Notes: a model not told the origin generated them from the sequence alone. 61,868 bases of DNA from Candidatus Saccharimonadales bacterium (GCA_044227985.1 JBGAVT010000004.1:1-61868), one strand, 5' to 3'. Shown: positions 1 to 9,840, counted from the first letter of the stretch. Translations and numbers: made by a program.

Positions 1-455
1 GTTCCTTTATCGTCGTGTTCTTCTAGCACTACGCCGACTCCCTGACGCCATCCTTCAGCGATACGCTCGACATAAAGAGCGCTAATACTCACCCCAATTG
101 CATAACGTAGGTACGTGCTTTCTTCATTTGAGCATTGTTCGAACCATCCGTTGATGATTTCTTTAGCCTTGAGTTGCGTTTCCTGCTTTTCTTCATCTGT
201 ATCACCTGCAGGGTTAAGCAAACCGTAGTCAACGATCCCGTGTACCGGAGCCACCATCTTCAGCCATAATTTATCATAGGGCGGATGATTTTCGAATTGT
301 TCTATGATTTGTCGCTGATGATCTGCAAAACGTTTCTGGCACAGTAGATCGTTTAAAAAAGTTGAAGACTCATCCGTTAGAGCGTCTAAAAACGCTTGCT
401 CTCGGGGTGCTTCTTGATCACTCGGCAATCTCTCGGAATTATGGGAGGTATCCAT
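1..455 (-). CDS. hypothetical protein, 3' end cut by window edge
   Basis: Hand-read minus-strand frame from ATG at 455 (MDTSHNSERLPSDQEAPREQAFLDALTDESS...) stays open to position 1. It is absent from the ORF track because there is no stop in the window. No family recognised. Confidence 0.4.
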   Translation of the reverse strand, partial: MDTSHNSERLPSDQEAPREQAFLDALTDESSTFLNDLLCQKRFADHQRQIIEQFENHPPYDKLWLKMVAPVHGIVDYGLLNPAGDTDEEKQETQLKAKEIINGWFEQCSNEESTYLRYAIGVSISALYVERIAEGWRQGVGVVLEEHDDKG

Positions 456-574
456 TATTGTATTATAACAACTTTTATGTAAAAATACAAGTATAAGCTA
501 TACTGTATAGACAATTTATTTTTTAGTTCTGTGCTCGTTTTATACGTAGACCATAAAGCACTTTAATTAACATT

Positions 575-1870
575 CTATTTTTTCAGTTTTCTTAGTTCTT
601 CGCGGACAACTTTGCGTTCGTCCCATTTGATTTTTCCACCCGCCATTTGCCGATAAGGCTGACATCCGAGGCCAGTTATGACGACTACATCGCCTTTTTT
701 ACCGTACCGTAGCGCTTCATGGATCGCCTCGCGGCGATTAAGGATGACTTTATGAAGCACGCCAGGCTTCACTTTCTCAACTTTTTTAACACCGATTAGG
801 ATCTGTTCACGGATTTCATCAGGATCATCATCGTATGGCTCTTGGTCACATACAACCACGAGTTCACTAAGTTCTGCTGTAACTACACCAAGTGGCGTAC
901 GTTTGCCTGCGTCTCGTTGCCCGTCGCCACCAAGAACAGTGATTAAACGACCCTGTAGAGTTGTACGAATTGTCTGGAGTACATTACGTAGACTTTCTTC
1001 AGTGTGAGCGAAATCTACAATCACGGTCGCGTCCTGTCCTTCGTCGATAACCTCCATACGCCCTGGAACAGCTTTAACAGCCTCTATGCCGGCTTTTATG
1101 TGTTCCAGGCTTACTCCCATTCCGTAGGCGGTTGTGGCGGCTGCTAGCGCGTTTATAACATTAAATTTACCTGGCAGATTAAGCTTCACATCTAGCTCAT
1201 GTTCGGCGATACGTAACGTCACAGCACTACCGCTAGCACCAAGCTTAGCTTTAACGATTGTCGAATCTCTACCAGGTTCTACGCCGAAGAATAGTTGCGC
1301 TTCGGCTCGCTTCGAAGAAAAATAGTCAACCCAAGAGTCATCGGCATTCATTACGGCAAGTTGTGGATTTTTAGAAAAAAGTTTGGCTTTAGCTTTGGCA
1401 TAATTCTCCATTGTATGGTGGTAGTCGAGGTGATCTCGCTGAAGATTCGTCCAAACTACAGTATCAAATCGCAAACCAAGCACTCGGTGCTGGACCAAGG
1501 CATGACTACTAACCTCCATAACCACGATGTCGCAGTGACTTCGTTTCATTCTAGCTAGTAATTTTTGTAACTTGAAGGCATTGGCAGTAGTTAAGCCGAG
1601 GTCATTTTCCCAAACCTCATCATCAACCCGTAAAACTGCTGTCGAATTCAAGCCCACCCTATGGCCTGCCTTAACCAGAATTTCTGAAAGCATATTAGCA
1701 GTGGTCGTTTTTCCTTTAGTTCCGGTAATACCTATAAATTCAAGATTTCGTGCTGGATAACCATAGACAATCGTTGCAACTATTGCCTCAAGCAAGTGAA
1801 AAGGATTGACCAGGAGCTGGATGAGCGATCTTGGTAGTACTTTTTTTAAGTTTTTCTTCAGACTTTCCAT
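575..1870 (-). CDS. murE: Mur ligase family protein, MurE-like (UDP-MurNAc-dipeptide:diamino acid ligase)
   Basis: 431 aa. Has the P-loop GITGTKGKTTT, MNADD, VDFAHT and a C-terminal CDQEPYDDDPDEI stretch where MurE enzymes carry DNPR-E-DP. Lies directly downstream of a FemAB gene. Confidence 0.75.
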   Translation of the reverse strand: MESLKKNLKKVLPRSLIQLLVNPFHLLEAIVATIVYGYPARNLEFIGITGTKGKTTTANMLSEILVKAGHRVGLNSTAVLRVDDEVWENDLGLTTANAFKLQKLLARMKRSHCDIVVMEVSSHALVQHRVLGLRFDTVVWTNLQRDHLDYHHTMENYAKAKAKLFSKNPQLAVMNADDSWVDYFSSKRAEAQLFFGVEPGRDSTIVKAKLGASGSAVTLRIAEHELDVKLNLPGKFNVINALAAATTAYGMGVSLEHIKAGIEAVKAVPGRMEVIDEGQDATVIVDFAHTEESLRNVLQTIRTTLQGRLITVLGGDGQRDAGKRTPLGVVTAELSELVVVCDQEPYDDDPDEIREQILIGVKKVEKVKPGVLHKVILNRREAIHEALRYGKKGDVVVITGLGCQPYRQMAGGKIKWDERKVVREELRKLKK

Positions 1871-1872
1871 AG

Positions 1873-2895
1873 TTACAGTATACGCTTTGCAGCCCAGTAC
1901 AGCTTAGTTTTAGCTTTGCTTAGTATGATATCTTTGCCTGCTTGATACTTGACTCGCCGACCACCAAACATCATTTTAAAGTGACCAATGCCAGCATATT
2001 TATGATTTGGCTCATTCTCCGGCGCAATGCCAAATAGGTCATAGTCTGTGCAATTCTTCATTTTTGCGTGTCGTATCATTTCGGCTTGAAGTAAATAATT
2101 CGGCATAATCTTACGATGTTCAGGCTTATCAGACGAAGCTGCAAAATAGTAGATTGCAGTATCACCGAAAGTCGTTAAGATGCTAGCTGCAATTGGCTGA
2201 TCATCAAGTGATGCGATAAATAGCTGCGCATTAGCGCCAAGTGAGCTCATAAAATTAGCATAATAACTTTTACTGTGTGAAGTGAAATTATCACGATCAG
2301 CAGTTCTGGTTAGTAGCTTATAGAAACTATCAATTTGTTTTGGCTGAGCGCTTTCACCATCGTAGCTTTTTACCGTGACTCCGTGTTTTTCTGACATGCG
2401 AATGTTGTACCTGGTTCTTTTCTTCATGCTTGCAAAGATCTCGTTTGTTGGTGGTGAAATATCGAGCAGTAAGCTGTCGAGTGGGTGAAAGTTTTGTTTG
2501 TCAGCAATCTGGGTTTTACTGGTCTTGTAATCAAACTCGTCATCGCTCAGAACATAGGGGTCATAGCGCAGGAACGCTCCTCTCTTTTGAGCTACAGTTT
2601 TTTCAAGTGCTGCTAAAATCTCACTACCTTCATCTGTACTGGTATAGACTGGCCCACGCGCACAGTAGTACCAATATAGGTTAGGCAGCCGCGTTTGCAT
2701 CCGAACCGCCAATGCTGTTGCGACTACTTTGTCATTTTTTAATAAGCCAACCCCAATAACTTCGCCGCGGTTTTTTAAAGTTTTTTGAAAGTCTGCCCAC
2801 ATAGTTGTCTGGTGAATTGAGCCGTTATCCGTAGATGCGACAAACTGATTCCAATCTTCCTTACCGATTTGATCAATTGTCTGTGTCGAGCTCAT
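1873..2895 (-). CDS. FemAB family peptidoglycan interpeptide-bridge aminoacyltransferase
   Basis: ORF 1873-2919 has overall FemAB-like length and composition and sits beside a second FemAB and a Mur ligase. The longest ORF starts at GTG 2919. ATG 2895 (MSSTQTIDQ...) is preferred because TGgCATACT-N7 precedes it. Confidence 0.75.
   Translation of the reverse strand: MSSTQTIDQIGKEDWNQFVASTDNGSIHQTTMWADFQKTLKNRGEVIGVGLLKNDKVVATALAVRMQTRLPNLYWYYCARGPVYTSTDEGSEILAALEKTVAQKRGAFLRYDPYVLSDDEFDYKTSKTQIADKQNFHPLDSLLLDISPPTNEIFASMKKRTRYNIRMSEKHGVTVKSYDGESAQPKQIDSFYKLLTRTADRDNFTSHSKSYYANFMSSLGANAQLFIASLDDQPIAASILTTFGDTAIYYFAASSDKPEHRKIMPNYLLQAEMIRHAKMKNCTDYDLFGIAPENEPNHKYAGIGHFKMMFGGRRVKYQAGKDIILSKAKTKLYWAAKRIL
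1877..1882 (-). promoter_or_regulatory. -10 box (TATACT) of putative leaderless promoter for murE-like gene
   Basis: Minus strand reads TATACT, then 6 nt (gtaact), then ATG at 1870. No SD. Confidence 0.35.
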
Positions 2896-2902
2896 GCGCT
2901 TT

Positions 2903-2911
2903 AGTATGCCA
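2903..2911 (-). promoter_or_regulatory. extended -10 (TGgCATACT) of putative leaderless promoter for FemAB-1
   Basis: Minus strand reads TGGCATACT, then 7 nt (aaagcgc), then ATG 2895. No SD. Confidence 0.4.
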
Positions 2912-2946
2912 TAAATCACTGCTGACTATCAGTAGCATGGTTTTTT

Positions 2947-2955
2947 TGCTAGTAT
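2947..2955 (+). promoter_or_regulatory. extended -10 (TGcTAGTAT) of putative leaderless promoter for FemAB-2
   Basis: TGCTAGTAT, then 7 nt (tcattcg), then ATG 2963. No SD. Confidence 0.4.
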
Positions 2956-2962
2956 TCATTCG

Positions 2963-3979
2963 ATGTATTATCTCGATGAAATTACAAACGAACAGGACTA
3001 TCGACCTCTTGAAATTTATGATCGCACTATGTTTACCCAGGCCTGGTTTTATGGGCAGTGGCAGTCGTATAAATCTGAAGTTCATCGGTTTGTTTTCCGT
3101 GAAGATGATGAGGTCTTGAGTTGTTTTCAAGCAATATCTCACCCTCTGCCAGCTAGACGAAGCTACCTTTATATTCCTTTCGGTCCAGTTTTTAAACAAG
3201 CTCCAAATAGACAGCAACAAAATTTTATCAGTAAAAAACTGAAAGAATTTTACGCAAAGAACAGTCAAAGAAAAGTTGTTTTTTCACGCCTAGACGTTGA
3301 TGGCGATTTCTCAATGATGAGTGATGGTGGTTGGCGCGATGTACCAAAGTTTGTAACATCCGAAGCTTCTTTTCGACCGCGTGGTGAGATGATCGTTCCT
3401 TTGAGCAATGAAGATGAGGTGTTTGCACGTTTTGATAAAAACACCCGCTATTCAGTTCGTTACGGCGCAAAAAAAGGCGTTGAAGTTAGCATCCAGCCAG
3501 ATATAAAATCCGGCTTGGATGATTTTTTTCGGTTACTCGAATTTACCGCACAGAAACAAGGTTTTGCGATTTTTAAAAAGGATTATTATCAGAATTTGTT
3601 CGATATTTCAGATAAGCTCAAGCATGCCTATCTTGTCGAAGCTCGCAAAGAGGATAAGGTAATCAGTAGTAAGTTAATTGTTAGTTACGGCCCAATCGCC
3701 CACTCCCTCCTCTCAGGAACAGACGACGAAGGTCGTAAGCTCCGAGTGCCAAGCTTTGTACAGTGGGAGTCAATGAGAGAGGCCATGCGCAGGGACCTTA
3801 AATATTACAGTATTGGCGGCGCTAGTTCATCAGATGATGATTACCCAACTATTAAAAAAGTTACCAAGTATAAGCAAGGCTTCGGCGGTGAGATTAAAGT
3901 GCATAATCCTATGCTAGATATGGTTTTTGACAGACCATCGTATTCGGTCTTTAATTTCTATAAGAGGCTTCGGCGCTAA
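2963..3979 (+). CDS. FemAB family peptidoglycan interpeptide-bridge aminoacyltransferase (second paralog)
   Basis: 338 aa with the same domain-scale architecture as 1873-2895 (two acyltransferase-like halves). Divergently transcribed from it. Confidence 0.75.
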   Translation: MYYLDEITNEQDYRPLEIYDRTMFTQAWFYGQWQSYKSEVHRFVFREDDEVLSCFQAISHPLPARRSYLYIPFGPVFKQAPNRQQQNFISKKLKEFYAKNSQRKVVFSRLDVDGDFSMMSDGGWRDVPKFVTSEASFRPRGEMIVPLSNEDEVFARFDKNTRYSVRYGAKKGVEVSIQPDIKSGLDDFFRLLEFTAQKQGFAIFKKDYYQNLFDISDKLKHAYLVEARKEDKVISSKLIVSYGPIAHSLLSGTDDEGRKLRVPSFVQWESMREAMRRDLKYYSIGGASSSDDDYPTIKKVTKYKQGFGGEIKVHNPMLDMVFDRPSYSVFNFYKRLRR

Positions 3980-4293
3980 CGGATTTTAGAGTAGACATTG
4001 TTGATTTGCTTCTCGATATTTCGAAGCATTGTCTCGAAACGTTCGATGCGGTCGATTTGTCCATCAGTTTCACGGAGTTTAACTTCGACATTTCGAATGC
4101 CAGTTCCAAGTTGGTTGACTTCGCTACTCACCCGAGAAAGGTCAGCCCGGATCTGATCAATCTCACTATCGACCTTGCCCCAGATTGCTGTAGATATTTG
4201 TTTGAGCTGTGCCAACTCACTTATAATCAATCCTAGTTGTTGGCTCTGCACTTGCTCTGCTGAAAGTTGTGGCTGTTGTTGAGATGGATCCAT
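3976..4293 (-). CDS. small coiled-coil protein, hypothetical
   Basis: 105 aa with a heptad-like Q/E/I/L-rich sequence. SD AAGGAAAAA lies upstream of ATG 4293. Confidence 0.5.
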   Translation of the reverse strand: MDPSQQQPQLSAEQVQSQQLGLIISELAQLKQISTAIWGKVDSEIDQIRADLSRVSSEVNQLGTGIRNVEVKLRETDGQIDRIERFETMLRNIEKQINNVYSKIR

Positions 4294-4322
4294 AGTTTTT
4301 CCTTGTTTAATCTTCCATCGGT

Positions 4323-4328
4323 TATACT
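4323..4328 (+). promoter_or_regulatory. -10 box (TATACT) of putative leaderless promoter for tsaD
   Basis: TATACT, then 7 nt (atcatca), then ATG 4336. Confidence 0.4.
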
Positions 4329-4335
4329 ATCATCA

Positions 4336-5418
4336 ATGACGATTTTAGGTATAGAGACTAGTTGTGACGATACTGCTGCAGCGGTTGTACGTGATGATTC
4401 GCTGCCAACAGTGCTTAGCTCGGCTGTTTCGAGTCAGATAGATATTCAGAAACAGTATGGTGGTGTTGTTCCAGAGATAGCTTCCCGTTCCCACCTTGAA
4501 GCAATTTTACCCACAATTGCCGAGAGTCTACACAAAGCCTTTCCAGATGAACCAACAAATAAATCCCTTCTCGAGTTGCTTGACTCTCAGCACCCTGTTT
4601 GGCGGAAAATCGACGCAATTGCGGTTACAAAAGGACCTGGTTTGTCTGGTAGCTTGTTGATGGGTACACTGAGCGCCAGAACGCTGGCCACGGTAATCGA
4701 TAAGCCTATCATTCCGGTTCATCATATTATCGGTCACGCCTCAGCGCAGTGGCTGAAGGAAGGAAAACCACCAGAGTTTCCTTGTTTGGCACTCGTTGTT
4801 AGTGGTGGCCATAGCAATATTATGTTGTTTCAGTCGGTAGATAATTTTAAGCTACTGGGACAAACCCGAGATGATGCTGTTGGTGAGGCTTTTGATAAAG
4901 TTGCCAAGATGCTAGGGCTTGCTTATCCGGGCGGTCCTTCAATAACAAAAGCCGCAGAGCACGGTAATTCTGACACTTTCAAGTTGCCAATTCCAAAAGT
5001 TGATACTCCATATGACTTTAGCTTTTCTGGATTAAAAACTGCCGTTCTGCGACTACTACAAAAAGCCATCGGGGAAGATTATACATTTCCAAGCTACCAG
5101 TTAGCGACAAGACTTAACCAACAACAAATTAACGATATGGCTGCTAGCTTTCAAATGACAGCCATTAAAATATTGATCAGAAAAATGCAAAAAGCAGAAA
5201 AGGAATTTAAACCAAAGAGCGTAATTATCGGTGGTGGTGTTGCTGCAAATAAGCTACTGAGAGAAGAAATGATGCGAAATATTTCCACCAGCGTACAGTT
5301 CATCGATCCTCATTATTGCACTGACAACGCGGCTATGATCGCCGCCGCTGCTTTATCGTTAAATATTTCACCCACCTCAGAGGATTCGATAATTATTAAA
5401 CCAAATTGGGCATTATAA
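4336..5418 (+). CDS. tsaD: tRNA N6-adenosine threonylcarbamoyltransferase
   Basis: MTILGIETSCDDTAAAV N-terminus, HHIIGH metal motif and GGGVAANKLLRE are all typical of TsaD/Kae1. The ORF-track start at 4267 overlaps the divergent gene and the -10 box, so ATG 4336 is used. Confidence 0.9.
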   Translation: MTILGIETSCDDTAAAVVRDDSLPTVLSSAVSSQIDIQKQYGGVVPEIASRSHLEAILPTIAESLHKAFPDEPTNKSLLELLDSQHPVWRKIDAIAVTKGPGLSGSLLMGTLSARTLATVIDKPIIPVHHIIGHASAQWLKEGKPPEFPCLALVVSGGHSNIMLFQSVDNFKLLGQTRDDAVGEAFDKVAKMLGLAYPGGPSITKAAEHGNSDTFKLPIPKVDTPYDFSFSGLKTAVLRLLQKAIGEDYTFPSYQLATRLNQQQINDMAASFQMTAIKILIRKMQKAEKEFKPKSVIIGGGVAANKLLREEMMRNISTSVQFIDPHYCTDNAAMIAAAALSLNISPTSEDSIIIKPNWAL

Positions 5419-5643
5419 ACACCTGAGTAGGCTCCGAACACGTTTCTGGTAATTTAGTGAATCGTCGGGTATAATTGCACATGAAAACAAAAATGTTAGA
5501 AACTATTTGTTCAAGTTTTGTTCAAATAAATAACAGTTGTGGGATGCAAGAATCACGGAAAAATCAATTCACGTGAAGTTTTTTGATTTATAATTTCTTT
5601 TAATATAATTATGTCAGTTTGACAAGTCTGAGGTCTAATAATC

Positions 5644-8283
5644 ATGAATTTACCAAAAACCTATAATCCTGCCCAGTATGAAGAAGATATTTACCGCCGC
5701 TGGGAAGAATCTGGTGCCTTTCAACCTGGAGATGGTGCCGAGACCTTCTATATCCCGCTTCCACCACCCAATGCTACCGGCGTGCTACACGTTGGCCATA
5801 GTATCGGTGCTGCTGTTCAAGACGCATTCACCCGCTATGCCCGGATGAATGGCAAGGCAGCACTCTGGCTACCAGGTACCGATCACGCCGCTATTGCTAC
5901 TGAAAGTGTGGTTATTAAGAAACTGATCGAGGAGCGAGGTATTGTAAACCCGCGCGAGCAGCTCGGCCGTGAAAAACTTCTCGAGGAAATTCAAAGCTTC
6001 GTCGAGTCAAGTCGTGACCAAATTCGTAACCAATTTAGAGCTATGGGTTCTTCAGTTGATTGGAGCCGTGAGCGCTACACTATGGAACCGGAGATGAATC
6101 GTGTGGTAAACGATGTGTTTGTAAATATGTTCAACGATGGTCTAATTTATCGTGGGAATCGGATTGTTAACTGGGATCCCAATCTTCAAACAACCGTATC
6201 CGATGATGAAGTTGAAAGACGAGAAGAAACAACTAATTTCTACACTCTCCAATACGGCCCATTCCAGATAGGTACCGCTCGGCCAGAGACTAAATTTGGC
6301 GATAAATACGTAGTAGTTCATCCTGGTGATGAGCGTTACAAGCAGTTTAAGCATGGAGATACTTTTGAATTAGATTGGCTGAACGGTCCAATTACTGGAA
6401 CTGTGATAAAAGACGAGGCAGCTGACCCCGAGTTCGGCACTGGCGCTATGACTATAACGCCATGGCATGACGTGACAGACTTTGAAATTGCCGAGAGACA
6501 TAATCTCGATAAACAGCAAATTATCGACGAAACTGGCAAGCTTTTACCAATAGCTAAAGAATTTGCAGGCATGCGCATCGAAGAAGCACGGCCACAAATC
6601 GTTCAAAAACTCAGTGATATGGGATTATTACTTGAAACTAAAAGCGACTATGTCCATAACCTTAGTCTGAATGAACGTGGCAAAGGTATTATCGAGCCAC
6701 AGATCATGAACCAGTGGTGGGTCGATGTCAATAAAGAGGTCGTCAAATGGAATGACAAGTTGATGAGCTTGAAACAAGTCATGAAAGCTGTAGTTGCAGA
6801 AAAAGAAATTGCTCTATTGCCTGAGCGGATGGATAAAACGTATTACAACTGGATTGATAACCTGCACGACTGGTGCATTAGTCGCCAGATTTGGTGGGGC
6901 CACAGAATTCCTGTGTGGTACAAGGGCGGCGAGACGCATGTTTCAGTTAGCGGTCCGGACGACCCTGAGAATTGGCATCAAGACGAGGATACTCTCGATA
7001 CGTGGTTCAGTTCAGGGCTATGGACGTTTGCAACCTTGCTTGACAAAGATCTAGCTCGCAACCCAGACGTTAGCTTGCAAGAATTACTCGAGAAAAGCCC
7101 CGACTACCAGCGGTTTCACCCAGCGACTTTGCTTGAAACTGGCTACGACATTATCTTTTTCTGGGTCGCTAGGATGATATTGATGACAACCTATGCTACA
7201 GGCCAAGTACCGTTCAAAACAGTTTACTTCCATGGCTTAGTGCGTAGTCGCGATGGCAAGAAAATGAGTAAAAGTAACCCCAAGGGCACGATTGACCCGA
7301 TTGAGATGATTGATAAGTTTGGTGCTGATGCGCTTCGTCTTTCGATGTTAATTGGGCAAACACCTGGCAATGACAGTCGCCTTTACGAAGAGAAGATAGC
7401 TGGCTATCGTAATTTTTGTAATAAACTTTGGAATGTAGGGCGTTACATCGCAAGTAAGGCTGAGCGTGCGGACTACCAAGCTGCTGCTACGGCTCAAACT
7501 TCGGCAGATCACTGGATCCTACATAAGCTAGCAGCTGCGACGGAGCTTGTAACCGCATCGTTTGAGAATCATCGACTGAGCGATGCTGGTGCAGAATTGT
7601 ATAGATTTTTGTGGGATGATTTAGCAGATTGGTACGTTGAAACCAGCAAAATCCAACCAAACTCACCTCTGTTAATTGCTGTTTTCCGCCAAGTGCTACA
7701 ACTTGCGCACCCACTAGCTCCTTTTGTAACAGAGACACTTTGGGGTTACCTCAACCAAGCACAGGCTGATCGTTTACTCATCTCTAGCCAGTGGCCGGTC
7801 GCACCGGTTAATTTTGACCGACAGGCTGCTAATGGTTTTGAACAGATTATAAATATTGTTTCCGAGATTCGTAATTTGCGCAGCGAGCTTCAGCTTGAGG
7901 ATAATACGCTATATCATAAGGGTAGCCCATTCCTTGACGAGTATAAAAACGTTGTCATAGGTATGACTTCTGTATCTGATGTTGTCGAGGTGCGTGATGG
8001 CCATGGGCTTCACCTAGTTTCAACTGATATCAACTGTTGGTTAGACGTTGCGACCGGTGTGACGAAACAATATTTGTTTGGTCTTATCACGAAAAAATCG
8101 GCGCTTAGTAAACAACACGAGAATATCGCTAACAGGCTTGAGAATGAGAAATACATTGAAAAAGCACCCCCGCAACTAGTAGAAGAAAGCCGAGCGCAGT
8201 TAGCAGATTTAGCAGTTCAGGTTGAACGCCTTTCTAAACAAATTGAATCAATCGAAGGAAGCTTAATAAAGATTGAAGAGTAA
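5644..8283 (+). CDS. valS: valine--tRNA ligase
   Basis: 879 aa. HIGH-type motif (PPPNATGVLHVGH), KMSKS, and a C-terminal coiled coil typical of ValRS. SD GAGG lies 9 nt upstream. Confidence 0.95.
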   Translation: MNLPKTYNPAQYEEDIYRRWEESGAFQPGDGAETFYIPLPPPNATGVLHVGHSIGAAVQDAFTRYARMNGKAALWLPGTDHAAIATESVVIKKLIEERGIVNPREQLGREKLLEEIQSFVESSRDQIRNQFRAMGSSVDWSRERYTMEPEMNRVVNDVFVNMFNDGLIYRGNRIVNWDPNLQTTVSDDEVERREETTNFYTLQYGPFQIGTARPETKFGDKYVVVHPGDERYKQFKHGDTFELDWLNGPITGTVIKDEAADPEFGTGAMTITPWHDVTDFEIAERHNLDKQQIIDETGKLLPIAKEFAGMRIEEARPQIVQKLSDMGLLLETKSDYVHNLSLNERGKGIIEPQIMNQWWVDVNKEVVKWNDKLMSLKQVMKAVVAEKEIALLPERMDKTYYNWIDNLHDWCISRQIWWGHRIPVWYKGGETHVSVSGPDDPENWHQDEDTLDTWFSSGLWTFATLLDKDLARNPDVSLQELLEKSPDYQRFHPATLLETGYDIIFFWVARMILMTTYATGQVPFKTVYFHGLVRSRDGKKMSKSNPKGTIDPIEMIDKFGADALRLSMLIGQTPGNDSRLYEEKIAGYRNFCNKLWNVGRYIASKAERADYQAAATAQTSADHWILHKLAAATELVTASFENHRLSDAGAELYRFLWDDLADWYVETSKIQPNSPLLIAVFRQVLQLAHPLAPFVTETLWGYLNQAQADRLLISSQWPVAPVNFDRQAANGFEQIINIVSEIRNLRSELQLEDNTLYHKGSPFLDEYKNVVIGMTSVSDVVEVRDGHGLHLVSTDINCWLDVATGVTKQYLFGLITKKSALSKQHENIANRLENEKYIEKAPPQLVEESRAQLADLAVQVERLSKQIESIEGSLIKIEE

Positions 8284-8402
8284 TCTTTATTTGTACGCAA
8301 TCTAGTTAACTACTTTTAAAAAAGCATATTTGATATTTAAATTCTGGTCATTTGTTGGGTCTGCTATAGGGGTTGAGGTTAAATAATCATATTAAAAAAT
8401 TA

Positions 8403-8798
8403 CTATCCTGAAATAGATGTAATCTTTTCGAGTGTAGCTGATAAATCATCAGCCTTTGCTGGTTTGCCTTTATTCTCAAGCAGCATTTCCTTGCCTGTGT
8501 ATAGTGGGATTAAATGAATGTGCACATGTGGAACGTCGATTCCAGAAACCAAACGCCCAATTCGTTGCGGCGAGAGTTTGCTTCGTAAGATATGAGAAAT
8601 TTTTTGGGTTACGTACATTAAATTCTGATACTCGCTTTCAGATAAATCATCAATTTGGTCGACTACTATTTTTGGAACAATCAGCGTGTGACCACGACTT
8701 ACCGGTGCTATGTCCAGAAATGCTATTGTCCTTTCATCTTCATAAACAATTTGTGCTGGGATTTCTCGCGAAATTATTTTTTCAAAAATCGTTGCCAT
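8403..8798 (-). CDS. HIT family (histidine triad) nucleotide hydrolase
   Basis: 131 aa with the histidine triad HVHIHLIP. Confidence 0.9.
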   Translation of the reverse strand: MATIFEKIISREIPAQIVYEDERTIAFLDIAPVSRGHTLIVPKIVVDQIDDLSESEYQNLMYVTQKISHILRSKLSPQRIGRLVSGIDVPHVHIHLIPLYTGKEMLLENKGKPAKADDLSATLEKITSISG

Positions 8799-8832
8799 AT
8801 AACTTATAGATTAACCATTCTCTTAGCTAACT

Positions 8833-9492
8833 TCAATAGTTTATCTTGCTCTGACTCGCTCGACGTAATGCTTCAAAAGCTTTATCTACCTCTGTTTGAT
8901 CAACAATCAGTACCACGTCTTCTTCGATGTAAAGCATTTCAACAATTGAAATTCCTCGCCACGCTAGTAGTTGCACCATAAATTGAAAAATCCCTGGCGT
9001 CCTATGGTGTTTGCCGATTAGACGAATCATCAAAGCTCCTAGGCCTTCGATAAAGTGCGTGTCTTCAATGCTTGAAATTTGTTTATCGATCATTGTGCGC
9101 ATCATTGGATCTGTGATAATCGTCGTTTCTCGAACACCTTTAACTAAAGACAAGTATGCACCAATATCTTGAGCTTCTTGCATGATGTTCGCAGAAATAT
9201 TTAAACCTTGCTTACTATTTGGGAATTTCGCTACAGTAACAAGGCTTTTGATTGTCATATCACCGATATAATCTCGAACATCTACAATCTTGAAATCTTT
9301 GTGTTTTTTCTCTAACCGATTCAGTGCCATTACAACACTGGCAATGCTAACTGGTTTTTGGAGACGAGCAACTAGCTCAGGTTGCATTTTTCGTGCCAAA
9401 GCTGTCACGTTGAGGATGCCACCCACCAGTGAGCCTTTCAGGTTGGGCGAACGTTCGAGCACGTCTTCTAGGGCTTGAGAAACGCTTATCAT
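8833..9492 (-). CDS. hypothetical protein
   Basis: ORF 8833-9510. ATG 9492 (MISVSQALEDV...) is preferred over the TTG at 9510 because TATATT-N6 precedes it. No motif recognised. Confidence 0.5.
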   Translation of the reverse strand: MISVSQALEDVLERSPNLKGSLVGGILNVTALARKMQPELVARLQKPVSIASVVMALNRLEKKHKDFKIVDVRDYIGDMTIKSLVTVAKFPNSKQGLNISANIMQEAQDIGAYLSLVKGVRETTIITDPMMRTMIDKQISSIEDTHFIEGLGALMIRLIGKHHRTPGIFQFMVQLLAWRGISIVEMLYIEEDVVLIVDQTEVDKAFEALRRASQSKINY

Positions 9493-9498
9493 GTTATA

Positions 9499-9504
9499 AA
9501 TATA
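9499..9504 (-). promoter_or_regulatory. -10 box (TATATT) of putative leaderless promoter
   Basis: Minus strand reads TATATT, then 6 nt (tataac), then ATG 9492. Confidence 0.35.
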
Positions 9505-9600
9505 ACACAAAGTATATAAATATGACTTTTTATTATAGATTTTTCATTTTTGTATTCTTCTACGATATAGTACCAGAACTAGTTAAGTAAGGAGAATCAA

Positions 9601-9840
9601 ATGCCTGCAATGGCTTTTATCAATACAATTGAAAATGACACCAAAGGTGTAATCAAGCAATTAAAAGAGCAAGGTTGTGTCTGTATTGAGTCGATGTATG
9701 GTGTGAGCAGCGAGGAGTGTCAAAAATCACCTCGTGTTCGACGGTTACTCCAAATGAACCCTCAACGATATTTTATCGGACCAAGCCTGTGCGCAGGGAA
9801 AAGCTTTGGGGTCGGTCTCTGGCGTCGCCCAATTGTCTAA
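9601..9840 (+). CDS. small hypothetical protein (79 aa), doubtful
   Basis: A strong SD (AAGGAG) lies 6 nt before ATG 9601. The C-terminal half (RRLLQMNPQRYFIGPSLCAGKSFGVGLWRRPIV) looks non-protein-like, so this could be a non-coding leader instead. Confidence 0.3.
   Translation: MPAMAFINTIENDTKGVIKQLKEQGCVCIESMYGVSSEECQKSPRVRRLLQMNPQRYFIGPSLCAGKSFGVGLWRRPIV

Noticed and set aside
4267-4335. N-terminal extension of the tsaD ORF (MWLLLRWIHSFSLF...)
   Set aside because: It overlaps the start of the divergent coiled-coil gene and contains the TATACT -10 box. The conserved TsaD N-terminus MTILGIETSCDD begins at 4336.
5476-5643. T-box leader upstream of valS
   Set aside because: There is no GGTGGNACCGCG-type T-box sequence, no specifier/terminator-antiterminator pair, and only a 4-bp CACG/CGTG stem before a T run.
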